From: Spongospora subterranea f. sp. subterranea
Lineage: Eukaryota
Assembly: GCA_049724395.1 (NCBI GenBank)
Contig: JAUGWO010000084.1
Location: 1 to 64,000 of the forward strand
DNA: 64,000 nt
Reading direction: 5' to 3'
Shown in pieces: positions 38,340 to 51,245 of the stretch (its first letter is position 1; the number at the start of each line of letters is the position of its first letter). The position numbers were made by a program, and so were the translations under genes. The notes beneath the pieces were generated by a model, which searched no databases, was not told the origin of the DNA, and saw only the letters and a list, made by a program, of their open reading frames with translations.

Positions 38340-41300
38340 AATTCACGTTCTACATGAATTGAGCGAATTAGGTTACATGAGAATTTACTTAACGGAAATT
38401 GCAGTCTGATTCTCCAAGCCATTGTTAGCATTATTAGAAATTGCACGGTCTGAGAGCAATTGCCTGATGCACTCTCGGACAGCTTCCGATTCGGATTGAA
38501 TTTTTGAAAGCAGGCAATGGGGTCGTTGGGAATCCGCACAGAATGCCTCCCAGAAATTTTCAGAGCCTATGGAAGTAATCGTGGATAAGACTAAACAAAA
38601 CGATGCATCTGCAAAGGGGAAGGTAAAAAAGAAGATAGAAATTCTACTATCGGCAATGCCTACCACGACTAGAAGAAGCGTCTGATGTTTGTTCGGAACT
38701 GTCTTGGGCGACAAGATCAAATGCACGGATAATTATATCTATAGTCATTGATGGATACTTCACATTTTGGCTAACAGCAAGATGCATGAGACTCTGTATG
38801 GCAACCGCTTCAAGCTGTAACAGTTCATCTGTCAAGCAATCAGATAGTAATTCAAAGCAGGGGAGGCGTTGACAAAGAGTGCATACGTTTTCGAGCGACG
38901 ACCGACATTTTATGAATCGCATCGACCAGCGGTAAAATATCTTGCAAAGGCGCAGAAAGATATTGACCAATAACAATTTCTTTCAGAGCCGTCATTGCTG
39001 AATCTGCGGTTGACGCCAAAGACAATTTGTCTTTGAGTGCATTGAATAGCTCAGCGCAACATTTTAGAACTCGAGAAAGATCATCAGGGGACGACAGGGA
39101 GAAGAATCGGACAATGCTCGACGAGCTTTTGATTGCCAATGCACCTGACGTTGATCCTTGCTGACTTGACTGTAAAAGCATCTCTAGTAACAAACCCAAG
39201 CTATCTAACGACGCCGGCAATAAACCTGTTTTCTCGAAAGAGTCAGTAAGGGTATACGAGGTGAGGCAAGTGATTACAAAAGAATGTTTCAGTGACGACT
39301 TGGATGAGGTTGCGATGTAGTGTCGCGAATTCAACTTCTAACATTTGAACATTAAATTGATCGGGATCCTACACAGAAGTTACTGGTGCTATTCAACTTC
39401 GTCCTTGAGAGCTTAACTGATTGAAGAGCGTAAATTTCTAAATAAGGTTGGAAAGCGCCGTCTTGAAGGCGGGACCAGACCGAAGGCTGCGTCGTAGCAA
39501 GACCAGATATCGCCTGAATTGTGTCAAACGGTGGTTGTTTTCCACATAGCAAATGACGTGCCTCGCGTAAAGAATCAATCACTGGCCTAGACAGGACCAA
39601 AACAGATCCAAGCAATGTTAGGAGTGTAGATAGCAGCGATGGAATAAGGGGAGATAATGTTTCAGATGTGCAAGCCTCTAAGTTTGGTGAAACAACAGTC
39701 AATTTTCATTGTGACACCTTACCTTTCATGAAAAGACACATTAACGCAACTGAGTGAAGGCGGATAAAATTAGCCTCATTATGAGATAGGACGTCAATCA
39801 CCGTGATCAATTCGTTCAACTCAGCCTGATAAACATCAGTAGAGAACGCATAGAAGTAGGAAATATTACCAATTGCAAGGCATGTAATCGAGAACGGCAA
39901 ATCTGGTAGGTTGTTTTCAAAATAAGTTGCAATGTGCTCATTGACTTTTCTTTTGATGCAAACGTCATTACAACAAGAATGTCATGCCAGGCACTGATTA
40001 TGGATGCATGATGAATAGAAACTAACTCAGAAAGACAGATAATGACTCGATGCCATAAATTCGGATCATGCCGGGCACCCCTAAGCATGTGGGTTCATCA
40101 AGAAAAACAATGCAAAATCCTCAGACCCACATTATAGATACGAAAACGTCAACAAATTCTCCTTGAAGGCGTTGGACCTGAAAACAATTGAAAACACTTG
40201 TTGAGAAGCAACAATATATTCTCTACAGAAAGCGGAGCATGTCGGCTGAATACGGCATCTAGAACAGAGCCGACGGCTGAGACAACAGCGAGCGACACTA
40301 CTGCCGAACCTTTATTGCAAGACTAAAGCGAGTTAAGTAAGGATGTAAAATTGCTGAGAAGCACGTACTTGAGAGAAATGCAGTCTAATGAGTGCCCACA
40401 CTTGCTCGACAGAGGAAATATCGCGGTGTAAGTTCAGAATCATAACGTTAGCAAGACGATCAAGCATAGCTGTTTCTCCAAATTGAAGCTCCTGCGAAAA
40501 ATTCAAGATATTTTCATACCATGAGTTTTTGTAAAACCTGGACAGAGATATGGCACATGGCCATGGTGTAATGCATAACGGAAGATTTGGGACCAAGCTG
40601 GGCTGAACAGGTATACACCTGCTGAACCTGCTCTTTTAAGCCATTATCAGTTCGCGAACAAAATCGTTCCAAATTCCACAAAAAATGGAGGACCGTGTCC
40701 CACGATTCCTCAAGCTCGTCACCCCGGTACAAAGCCAAATTCATTGCGATCGCAACCACATACTGATGGGCAGCATTTAACGCGATTGTAGGCGGCGGAT
40801 GCCCCGCGACATTTTGAGCAATGGCTCGGACCGTGAAAAGCTTTGTACTTTGGAAACACATTATGATAGATTAAATCACTATGTAAAACGCTACCTGTTG
40901 ACAAGGGCTTGTATAAAGGTCTGACGCGGAACAGGTGCTCCCATTGCCATTGACAAATGTATAAACTCTTTGTAGGAGTCAATACAACGCCGCCAAGTTT
41001 CAGGATCATTGGAGCAATGTTCGGTTGCTACAGACAGCGCTGCGAGAGCCGGAGGCCAACCTGGGTAACAAAAAGTTAGATGCTTCCATGAGTGAAACGC
41101 TTGGATGCTACCTTGATTAAGCAAATTAATTATACCCTGCTTGGCAGTAGGTAAATCAATAGAAGTATGGCGCTTCACTGTCTAAAACATTGACATATCA
41201 ATGCCAAGATATTCTTCTGCAGAGCAACTAATACTGGAGTATCACCAGAATTAGTTGGGCTCGGAATCAATGGGCTCGTGTCTTCGTTTAGGGGTATTAC

Positions 41301-43133
41301 AGTTTCGCAACCGTCTTTACATATAAAGAATCTAAAAAAACACTAGTCATCAGGACGGCAAGAAATCTATGCATGATAACAGACCATACTGATCCAGTGA
41401 CGTAACGACCCGGCTATTAAACCAAGGGTTCTGACCGCCTGAACGATAATTGGATGAGCTTTTATCGCAGACGACGACGAACGTTCAATGGCGACAGTAA
41501 TGCTAGCCTGAAATTGCAAAAAAATCAGGAGTCGTAAACGAGAAAATACAAAACATACTTGAAGCATTCGAAGTATGCTAACAAACAGCTTCGGCGCAGA
41601 AGCCTGCGAATGCCGAGGAACAAAGAGGTCGCCCAAGATATTGGATTTGCCAGCCAGGAACGACAGTAATTCTAAAAGCACAAGAACTAGAGCATCCTGG
41701 CGAAGATTCCCTGATAAAGTAATCAACCTTAAACCTTCAGCTAAATCCTGCATCATTACCTTCAATTACGATATTCATCAAATGGTTGATTGCTAATGAA
41801 AGTGAGCTGGATAAAGGACGCGAAAAATGTAACGTTATCGTCCCTGCGATTTTTTAAAAAAATGAAACTTTACAGCTACGAATGATATACCTAAAATGGT
41901 GATTCCTGTACGAAAGTCTGGGACAGCACCTGACATACAATTCGCAATGAACGGCCCAACTAAGTATTCCTGAACGTTAATCAGCAAAACGGACATAGTA
42001 GACGGGTTCAATTCACATTGAATTGTTCAATGATGGCTGGATTCGACTTGAATTTGGGACCAGCGTTTTGGAGCATCAAAAGAATCATTTCACGTGAGAA
42101 CGTTTGAACTCTACGGTCTGGCCCTTTGGCAAGAGTTATCAGTAAAAAAGTTATTTTTTGAGATAGTCGAACATTACCTTCGGTGGCAGATCGTTTCATA
42201 CTCAGCCTTAATAACGTATCAAGGGATCGCGCTACTTCTTTTCCAAGATCAGACGCTGATTGGTCGCCTAGATCAAAAGCAACCGCCTCGACCAGCCCAT
42301 TAACTACCGAAAACACAACGTCCTAATGACTGATATTTAGATCAAGAACAAATGACGACGTTATGGTACTTCATAGGTGACTGCAGAGTTAATTGCGGAC
42401 ACAGTACTTCCAGAATCGTCGTATCGATTCAGCATTGTCGTTAAAATTTGTGTTAAAGTAGCTGACGCAGCAGTTTGACTTGCGGAACTATCGGTTCGAG
42501 CATAAACATCAATGCAAGTCTTTACGCATAGGACAATGGAATCAAAATGCATCCGACGCGTTTGACTGGTCGAAGCCATTAAGACAACCTAGATCTCAGT
42601 AAGCGAACAAAAGCCACTTGAACTGACCACTCACCTTTAGTCCATGTGTTTTGACTTGACTATTGCCATCAATTATTGCAGGATGTGTCACCTGGAGGAT
42701 CTAAAACGACGATCAGTCCAGAGTATGCTGGCCCAAAAAAACCATCAACCTCGTCAACTGTCACAAGATCGGTAGGGGTATCGAGCCCTATTTGGCGAAC
42801 AGAAATGACAGCATCTTTAGCAAGCAGCTCGCACATAACATCCAATGAAATCTCAATAAGCGAATTAGACTTGGATGAGCAAGCAGCGACAAGACCGGTA
42901 AACATAGCCTGTTCGAAAAGTAGTCAATGTCGTGGAATATTGGTTTATTCAATTCGATACTAGTAGCCTTGAAATCAAACTACGCGATTACTACTAACCT
43001 TTGTAAGCATATTGCTATTGCAATCGAGAGCTTTTGCATGTGCAGTCATTGCGGCCTGCCTGATGGCGCCTTGCCTCCATCCACACGCCCTTATGATGCG
43101 TTCAAGGCCCTGAACACATATCTCGCTCGCCAT
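38340..43133 (-). CDS. Large ARF-GEF-family scaffold, MON2/BIG-like (DCB, HUS and HDS regions), multi-exon
   Basis: N-terminal GLERIIRACGWR...; LVAACSSKS..LIEISLD; QTAASATLTQI; LELL; GWPPALAALS...; G..LEESWDTVL; AWHDIL. No clear Sec7 catalytic motif seen. Confidence 0.7.
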
Positions 43134-43398
43134 CAGGCAATGATTGATAAGGATGAAGAGCACCAGAAGCAGAAGTCAGGTTTGAAAATCTCACTTTGCT
43201 TGATCAACATCACTCTCACAACGTGACAGCGCACTTTCTGCACTGAACCTGAGGAAGTGTTGTTACCAGTGTACACCTGTACTTTGCTGCTGAGATCTCT
43301 TATCTTATCGCTCTCCGAAATGGTGAAGGTACAGTACACACTTGCTAGGAGTCCGGGTTGCGACCACCCTAAAATGTGCGTACACATACCAGGTCATG

Positions 43399-44520
43399 AC
43401 ATGGACGAAGAATGATTTTAGCCACAAGTTCGGACACGCAGGTTTGCGGTATGAAATCGCCACAGCACTTGGATGTTCGAAAATCGTGCATATAGCAGGT
43501 GGAGTGCCCTGTGGATTGTGGCCGGACCTGAAGTTAGCCAGACATTGTCTGGTTCCAAGAATGATCCCAGGTGAAAAGGCGTGCGCTGATAAAGGATATC
43601 GTGATGGTCATAAAAGATCAAATGGTTTCCCAGAGCAGAGGCAACCCCTTTGCAGAGGCAGATCAACTTTGAAATTCATTTGATTGGAGTAAGGCACGAA
43701 TCGATCAATGCCAGAATGAAAAAAAAATTATGCCTTTCTGCTCGGTTTTTTCGGCACGGACGAGAATTTCATCCTGTCTGTTTTACAGCATGCGCCAATT
43801 TTGTCCGATTGTTGATGAAGACGGAACCGCTGTTTGAGATACTTCCAGCTTTCTTTCATGACCATCACGATATCCCTTATCAGCGCACGCCTTTTCACCT
43901 GGGATCATTCTTGGAACCAGACAATGTCTGGCTAACTCCAGGTCCGGCCACAATCCACAGGGCACCCCACCTTGCTATATGCACGATTTTCGAACATCCA
44001 AGTGCTGTGGCGATTTCATACCGCAAACCTGCGTGTCCGAACTTGTGGCTAAAATCGTTCTTCGTCCATGTCGAACGCTCAAAACACTTGGAATTCAACA
44101 CCGTCAACATATCAAGATGGTACAAGATTTTGCCAATTATTCCATCGATCATCAAAGTGTATCTGTGAAGAGAACAAGTATGTTTAAAATAGAAATATTT
44201 ATCAAATTTTATAAGAACATACCAGCTCAGACATGCTACATTTCCTTGATCAAACCTATAACCCATTTCCGATATGTTTTTTCGGTGATGCGAAAAAATA
44301 TCGCTGTAACAGATTCCGTGGATGTTTTCAAAAAATATAGAGCCCTTAAAAGATGCTCTCGCCAGAACGGTTGATTGCTTTCAGTCTGAGAAAGAAGACC
44401 CCACACTGTTAGTAGTGCACCAAACGAGATCGAAACTTTCTGTTCCACGTTGTGTTCATAGATGATGTGATGCCCATCAACAACGAGCAACGCGTAATAA
44501 ACCATTCTCGATCAACAGTC
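43399..44520. mobile_element. PIF/Harbinger- or ISL2EU-like (DDE_Tnp_4) transposase remnant split into inverted halves
   Basis: IDG, FSHKFGHAGLRYEIA, GGVPCG.WPDL, ADKGY, RHESINARMK and FRH motifs. 43399-43611 (+) is the reverse complement of 43858-44071. Confidence 0.8.
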
Positions 44521-44754
44521 ATGATTACAATGATGAGCAACGGTGATTCCCATGGAACTCTGTCCTCGACTGAAGCGTTTGCGCCAACAATGCGTAAAAA
44601 TTGTTTTTGGCGCAACGGAAGTTGGAGGATTACTCGCAGTCCTTTTTCGAAATTGGCTTGTATGGCACGGATACTGGCTGCGCCACATAGTTCGCTTTGA
44701 GGACCAAGTTGTACACTCAAATGTATCCGCCAAATAGATGCGCAAGTCGCAGTA

Positions 44755-45742
44755 CCGTAATCCTTGGTCGGATGTACCCTTCACTGAGATGTCCCCCCTG
44801 TACATTTTTCACGCTTTTATGTTGAATATCGGCCCATCATGGATGAGGAATGGAATAGAGGGGCGTCCGACTTGAGATCTTTGGCCTTCGAGCTTCGGAC
44901 AACAGTCGTTCCTGCTGTTCGCATGATGTTTGCGGGGCATTGCATAGTTCCTGGGGCTGTAATTCGTTTACATGAAGTTTTGATTTTTATCTGCTGATTT
45001 ACGGCCTCTAGAAATTCAATCTCTAAATCGTCTGTTTGGCGAGTTCTTTGGGCCTCGTGGGTTTTGCGACGAATAGTGATATTTTCACGTCTCAGAAACC
45101 GTTCAATACTTTGTCGGAGAGCAGGTAACCGGCCGGGCAGCAAGTCAGGACAAAGCCGAACGGCCTCCTGAACCAAGGTGTTAATGCCAACTGGACGATC
45201 AAGCGCCCGCTCTGATTCAAAATACTCCAGTAGATTTTCGTATTATTCAGGGTGTTGAGTTCGGCCAGACGACGGGCAGTGGATAAACTGCTGTTCTCGA
45301 TCGAACCATCTCCGATTTATCGAAGAGTTTCTTCCAGCTCCTGATTTGACAAGGAGCAACACCGTGTTTGGATGCCGATGGTCGAATCAAACCAGGGGAA
45401 CCATAAGCCTCCTCCACAATGACCTTCTTTTCAGCTAAGGTGAACAAGCATTTTCCTCGAGCACCCATGTTACACACCGTTGGAAAGGTCTTGATGAGAC
45501 GAATCGATTAGCTTGCACACGGTACCCGCATTAAAGGGGTAGAATTCCGCAGGTTTCTCCGCATTTTTTTTTTCTTTTCATCAAATTTTTTTGGCGGGGT
45601 CTTTGGTATCTTCCGTTCGATGCAACCAGAAGCCAGGTGAACAATAACTGACGCCATCATTGCTCAAATGTACCCCTTCACTCTAAAAACTGTGCGTGAG
45701 CAGCACATTTGGGGGTACAGTACATCCGACCAAGGATTACGT
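44755..45742 (-). mobile_element. Internally deleted pogo-like DNA transposon with ~22-bp TIRs
   Basis: TIRs CGTAATCCTTGGTCGGATGTAC (44756-44777) and GTACATCCGACCAAGGATTACG (45720-45741), with TA before the left end. HTH remnants FTLAEKKVIV...HGVAPCQIRSW and RFLRRENITIRRKTHEAQ. Confidence 0.8.
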
Positions 45743-45926
45743 TGTACGGAGTACTGTAGTTATCTGATAGGAGTATTTGCCGCCAAATGGCAGATGTTTT
45801 AAAAGTACGTACTGTACAACTTATGGCTCAGACTGTTTATTGGCTTGGGCTTTATCAAGATTATAGACTCATATGTCGCTTGTGAAAATTAACTAGGTCT
45901 TTTTTTAACTTGACCTCAATTATATA

Positions 45927-47548
45927 CTCCCACTGTCCCATAATGTCTGGCCGGTACACTTTACTCCGTGGGATTAAGGTGAATTTTAGCGCATGGAGGT
46001 AGTTTTATGTAGCTTGATGGAAAGATCTCTGCGAGATCTACCCAGCAAGCTATCAAGTGACAAAGGTTCCCCAACAGTTGCGAAAATGTGAAGCGTAAAA
46101 AATGCGGTTTTGCATGACCATGACGGAATGACCCGCCCAGCCCTCAAAATAATGGTAATCGGTTCCCAAATTGATGGGGAAGATGAGCAATCAAACCACC
46201 ATGTCGTTTCAAGCAACGAGCAACGCCAGGCAATTTACCAATTGCTTCTGACGAAGTTACGAGATGGCAAGCCAGTGAAGGGTGCGTTTACAGAGATTGC
46301 TGGTCATTTCTCTGTCGGGTGGAAGACGGTCAGCCGAATCTGGAGTCGGGCGCAGCAACAGATATCAGAGGGTGCCTTGGTTCCTTGTGTCGACGCCAAT
46401 TTTGGGGCCTGCGGCCGCAAGAAGACAATCGAGGATATCTCATCTGTCCTGGTTGACGTACCGCTTAATCGTCGCTCCACTATTCGTTCCATGGCAAAGG
46501 CAACTGGCATTCCGCGCTCTACCTTAGGTCGACGCATCAAAGAAGGAACCATTCAAAGGCATTCGAATTCCATAAAGCCATTATTGACGGATTCAAACAA
46601 GATCGAGAGGCTGAAATTCTGTTTGTCGATGTTGCAGGAGGGCACCAATAGTTTCCAAAACATGTTCGACATTGTCCACGTGGACGAAAAATGGTTCTTC
46701 ATGACGAAAGCGACCAGAATCTATTACCTGGCAGATGGCGAGCCTGAACCACTGCGTTCGTGCAAATCGAAGCGATTTATTGAAAAGGTCATGTTTTTGG
46801 CGGCCGTCGCTCGACCCAGATTCGACCAACACCGAAAAACACAGTTTGACGGCAAGCTTGGTATATGGCCGTTCGTCATCAAGGAACCGGCAAAACGAGG
46901 TAGCAAGAACCGTGTTGTTGGAACACTTGTGACAAAACCCATTACTGTCACGAAAGAATCCTATCGCTGCATGTTGTTGGAAAATGTTCTTCCAGCGATT
47001 CGGTCTCGATGGCCACGCTCTATGGCCAATAGTTGTTCCATTTTCATACAGCAGGATAATGCCAAGCCGCATTTTATCATCTTTAGACAAGGCCTTCGTT
47101 GAGGCTGCGGGATCTGATGGCTTCGATATCATCCTTCGGTGTCAGCCACCTAATAGCCCCGACATGAACGTCCTTGACTTGGGGTTTTTCAATGCAATTC
47201 AATCGATTCAGCACCAATGTGCCCCACGGAATGTCGACGACCTCATCCACGAAGTACAAAATGCCTTTCAACAATTAACGGAAGAGAAGCTGAACTTCGT
47301 GTTCTTGACCTGGCAACAGTGCATGCGAGAGACGATGCAGAACGGTGGAGGTATAGGATACAAGATTCCCCATATGGGGAAAGAGGCCATGCAGCGCGCC
47401 GGAGCTCTCCCGATCACTCTTGATGTCGACAAAGAACTTATTGAGCTCACTCGATTGAGAGTATCGCCCACTCAATAAAAATACCGGCCAGACATTCTGG
47501 GACAAAACAGAAAGTGCGTACCGGCCAGACATTATGGGACAGAGGGAG
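45927..47548 (+). mobile_element. Plant-type (DD39D-like) Tc1/mariner element; transposase ~46110-47478 with one frameshift at ~47070
   Basis: TIRs CTCCCACTGTCCCATAATGTCTGGCCGGTAC and GTACCGGCCAGACATTATGGGACAGAGGGAG, 5' TA. Motifs VHVDEKWF, KVMFLAAVARPR, QQDNA and QPPNSPDMNVLDLGFF. Confidence 0.93.
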
Positions 47549-47630
47549 TCGAAGTACTGTTGATATGGAGTATGTAATGATTGAATTTGACTTTCAAGTT
47601 CAAGTCAAGGGAAGTTCAAGTATTTAGGTA

Positions 47631-48008
47631 CTCCCTCATAATGTCTGGCCGGTACGCACTTTCTGTTTTGTCCCAGAATGTCTGGCCGGTATTTTTATTG
47701 AGTGGGCGATACTCTCAATCGAGTGAGCTCAATAAGTTCTTTGTCGACATCAAGAGTGATCGGGAGAGTTCCGGCGCGCTGCATGGCCTCTTTCCCCATA
47801 TGGGGAATCTTGTATCCTATACCTCCACCGTTCTGCATCGTCTCTCGCATGCACTGTTGCCAGGTCAAGAACACGAAGTTCAGCTTCTCTTCCGTTAATT
47901 GTTGAAAGGCATTTTGTACTTCGTGGATGAGGTCGTCGACATTCCGTGGGGCACATTGGTGCTGAATCGATTGAATTGCATTGAAAAACCCCAAGTCAAG
48001 GACGTTCA
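47631..48008 (-). mobile_element. Inverted partial copy of the 3' end of the adjacent mariner
   Basis: Near-identical reverse complement of 47166-47548. Its TIR has a 6-bp deletion and is preceded by TA. Confidence 0.92.
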
Positions 48009-48929
48009 GGTTCGGCTTTTTCTAACCACTCGTAAAAACATAGGCAATTCAAGCTTTGAAGTTACAATACAAAGCTGAAATTGGAGGAAATCTCAGAGGC
48101 GGAGTTCTTTCATCAGGGGGTGTGGGCCAGATTTTTCTGATGTGTATTGCAGCTTGGAAAAAAGGGACGCCAGTGATTGCAGAATTCTGCTTCGGCAACG
48201 CAGGATGGCACGTTAGACCTGAGGCAAATGGCATCCGGTACTTAGAATATCAAAAAGCCTTCGAATTTATACATATTTACATCGGTAGTTGATTATAGAG
48301 GTGAAGCTTGCCTCTGTAGCGTTAGGCGTAAGTGTAACGGATTACGCTTCCTACTGTGCTGTATTCTCTCAGTGAGATATCACAGTTGGGTTTAAGTGCA
48401 AGCGATTGCGTCCTGTGCCACGATTCACGTGGACGACGGACAGATAGGAGTATTTTCATCAGATGGCCCACATGAGGGGTAATCCGGAACAGGATCTTGT
48501 AAATAACACGACATGGCCAACGACATAGCGGGTCCATAAAGGAACCGCCGCTGTATTTTGTATAATCCGACTGCTGTGGCGAATAACTGGTTTTGTGAGC
48601 TGTGTCCACTCACCATCCGTTCATAGATTGACTTCGACAACACAACAAACTACAAGGGACGTCATTGGCATTTGGTTTGACCAGCGGTAAGCGAAATAGT
48701 CGTATCGATTTTCGCCTTGTCACCTCCCAGGCAAGGTACAGTGGGTGCAGGCGCCCCCTCGTTCCGTCGCTGCGTCGGCTGACGGCAAAATTTGATGCAG
48801 TTCCCGCGTCAACCGTTGGTTCGCAACCGTCATAACTAGCATACCCTAATGCGGTGCTCACCAGCGAACTCGCCATCCACCGTCTCGCATCAGCCCTGTG
48901 TCGCTGCTGCAGCTAACCAACCATCAGAA

Positions 48930-51245
48930 ATGGTATTGAGCTGTCACGATTTTCGCTTCGCGTTGATTTTTTTAAAGTGATGTTCCAATATTGCATTCCT
49001 TATTGATTGTTCCTTTCCGTGATCTGCTCATAGTGCCTTAACATTGTTGCGCTGTTATTCAAACGATCATGTATAGAAAGATGCATTCGAGACGTTTACG
49101 ACAGCTGGCGGTGTTGAAATCCGCCGCCGGGTTCATTCAGCGGACTACACCGATGGGATCGTTCCTTACGTCGACATGCTTCACGAGCGGCGCGGTGCTG
49201 TTTTCTCGTCCAGCTACGAATATCCAGGTCGCTACGAACGCTGGGATATTGCATTTGTGGATCCTCCAGTATCCATCACATGCCGCCGTCGTGACATCGT
49301 CTTGAATGCGCTCAATGAACGCGGGCGTATTCTTCTTCCAACGTTCGCATCAGTTTTGGCTCTATGCGACGCCATCTCCTCGCTCGATCACGAGGAGGAC
49401 CAGATTCGTGTCTCCATAATCGACGTGACCGCTGTCCCCTTCTCCGAAGAGCAGCGTACTCGCCAACCGTCAGTGTTCTCGGCGTTGCGCGCCATCTTGG
49501 CTTACTTCAAAACGGAGCGCGATGATAATCTGGGGTTGTGGGGCGCGTTCGGCTACGACCTTGCCTTTCAATTCGAACCCATAGATTTCAAGCTATCTCG
49601 CCCCGATGACAGTCGTGATTTAGTTCTATATTTTCCCGACGAGATATTGGTTGTGGATCACTATAAATCAGTTGCCAATCGATATTCTTATGAATTCTCG
49701 GTTAGTCATCGCACAACGGATGGACTACAGCGCAGCGGGCAACGCGAGCCGTATCTACCAACGGGAGCGAATCCTGGACGTGGCGATCACGAGCCCGGTG
49801 AATACGCCAAGGTGGCAGCCAAGGCCATCGACTACTTTCGCCGTGGGGATCTGTTCGAAGTTGTACCGGGGCAGACATTCTATGCGCCTGCCACTGCGTC
49901 GCCCTCAGCAATATTTCATCGCTTAAAGGCTACGAATCCATCGCCGTTCGGCTTCATGATCAACCTCGGCAAGCAAGAGTATCTGGTTGGCGCCTCACCA
50001 GAGATGTTCGTTCGTGTCACGAACGGGACTCGAGTCGAGACGTGCCCCATCTCCGGTACGATCGGCCGTGGCAAGAACGCCATTGAGGATTCTGCTCAGA
50101 TCCTCGCGTTGCTGAATTCGACCAAGGACGAGTCGGAGCTAACCATGTGCAGCGACGTTGACCGCAACGACAAGAGCCGTGTCTGCGAGCCCGGGTCGGT
50201 GCGCGTTATAGGTCGCCGACAGATTGAAATGTATTCACGGCTCATTCACACGGTCGACCACATTGATGGACGTTTGCGCGACGATATGGATGGCCTCGAT
50301 GCTTTTATCAGTCACGCCTGGGCCGTCACCGTTACTGGAGCCCCAAAGCGTGGCGCCATGCAATTTATCGAGGACAACGAGCGGTCGCCTCGGTCTTGGT
50401 ATGCCGGGGCCGTCGGTGCTCTTCTTCTCAATGGGGATGTCAACACTGGCATGACGTTGAGAACCGTCCGGATCAAAGACGGTGTCGGTCAGGTGCGCGC
50501 AGGCGCCACGTTGCTGTTCGACTCAGATCCTCATGCTGAGGAAGCCGAGACCGAGCTGAAAGCGTCGGCAATGTTGGCAGCGATCCAAACCGCGGGAACT
50601 GTGTCCAGCGCGAAGCACAAGATGAACGAGCTTGTTGGGATCGGTCGGCGCGTCGTCCTGATCGATCATGAGGACAGTTTCGTGCTAGTCCTGGCGAGCT
50701 ATATTCGAGAAACGGGCGCCGAATGCGTGACGGTTCGTGCCCCGAGAGGCGTTGGACTCGATATGGCAACGCTGGACCGGTACAATCCTCACCTGGTCGT
50801 GATAGCACCTGGCCCTGGCTCGCCCAGCGACTTCCGATGCTGTGAGACCATCGCAGCTTTGCGCCAACGTCGAATCCCAATCTTTGGTGTTTGTTTGGGG
50901 CTACAGGCACTGATCGAGGCGTTTGGTGGATCATTGGGCCGATTGGAAATACCAGTACACGGTAAATGCAGTGAGGTTCAGCTGGAACCGCAATCGATTC
51001 TGTTCGCCGGATTGCCAGAGCGTATTGTGGCAGGGCGATATCACTCATTATACGCGACTGAGGTACCTGAGTGCTTCAGGGTAACCGCTAAGACTCAACA
51101 TGATGGAATCGTCATGGCGATCGAACATCGATCGGAGCGTATCGCCGCTGTTCAGTTCCACCCCGAGTCGATCATGTCATTGGATGCAGGGCATCGTATC
51201 ATCGAAAACGCTTTACAGGCGTTGACTGTCCAAGAAGCTGCATAA
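48930..51245 (+). CDS. trpEG: Bacterial-type fused anthranilate synthase TrpE(G); main exon ~49077-51245, probable 5' intron
   Basis: RRGAVFSSSYEYPGRYERWD, GDLFEVVPGQ, GASPEMFV, CSDVDRNDKSRVC, HAWAVTVTGAPK, then the GATase domain (DHEDSF, PGPG, GVCLG, YHSL, QFHPES). The reading frame extends upstream to an in-frame TAG at 49074-49076. Confidence 0.93.

Noticed and set aside
48049..48876. Minus-strand ORF cluster upstream of trpEG
   Set aside because: Could not be assembled into a credible gene or assigned to a family.
49077..51245. Bacterial contaminant sequence
   Set aside because: No operon neighbours and no in-frame bacterial start (the frame is closed by a TAG that looks like a splice acceptor), and it is contiguous with eukaryotic TEs. 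Read-level confirmation is still needed.
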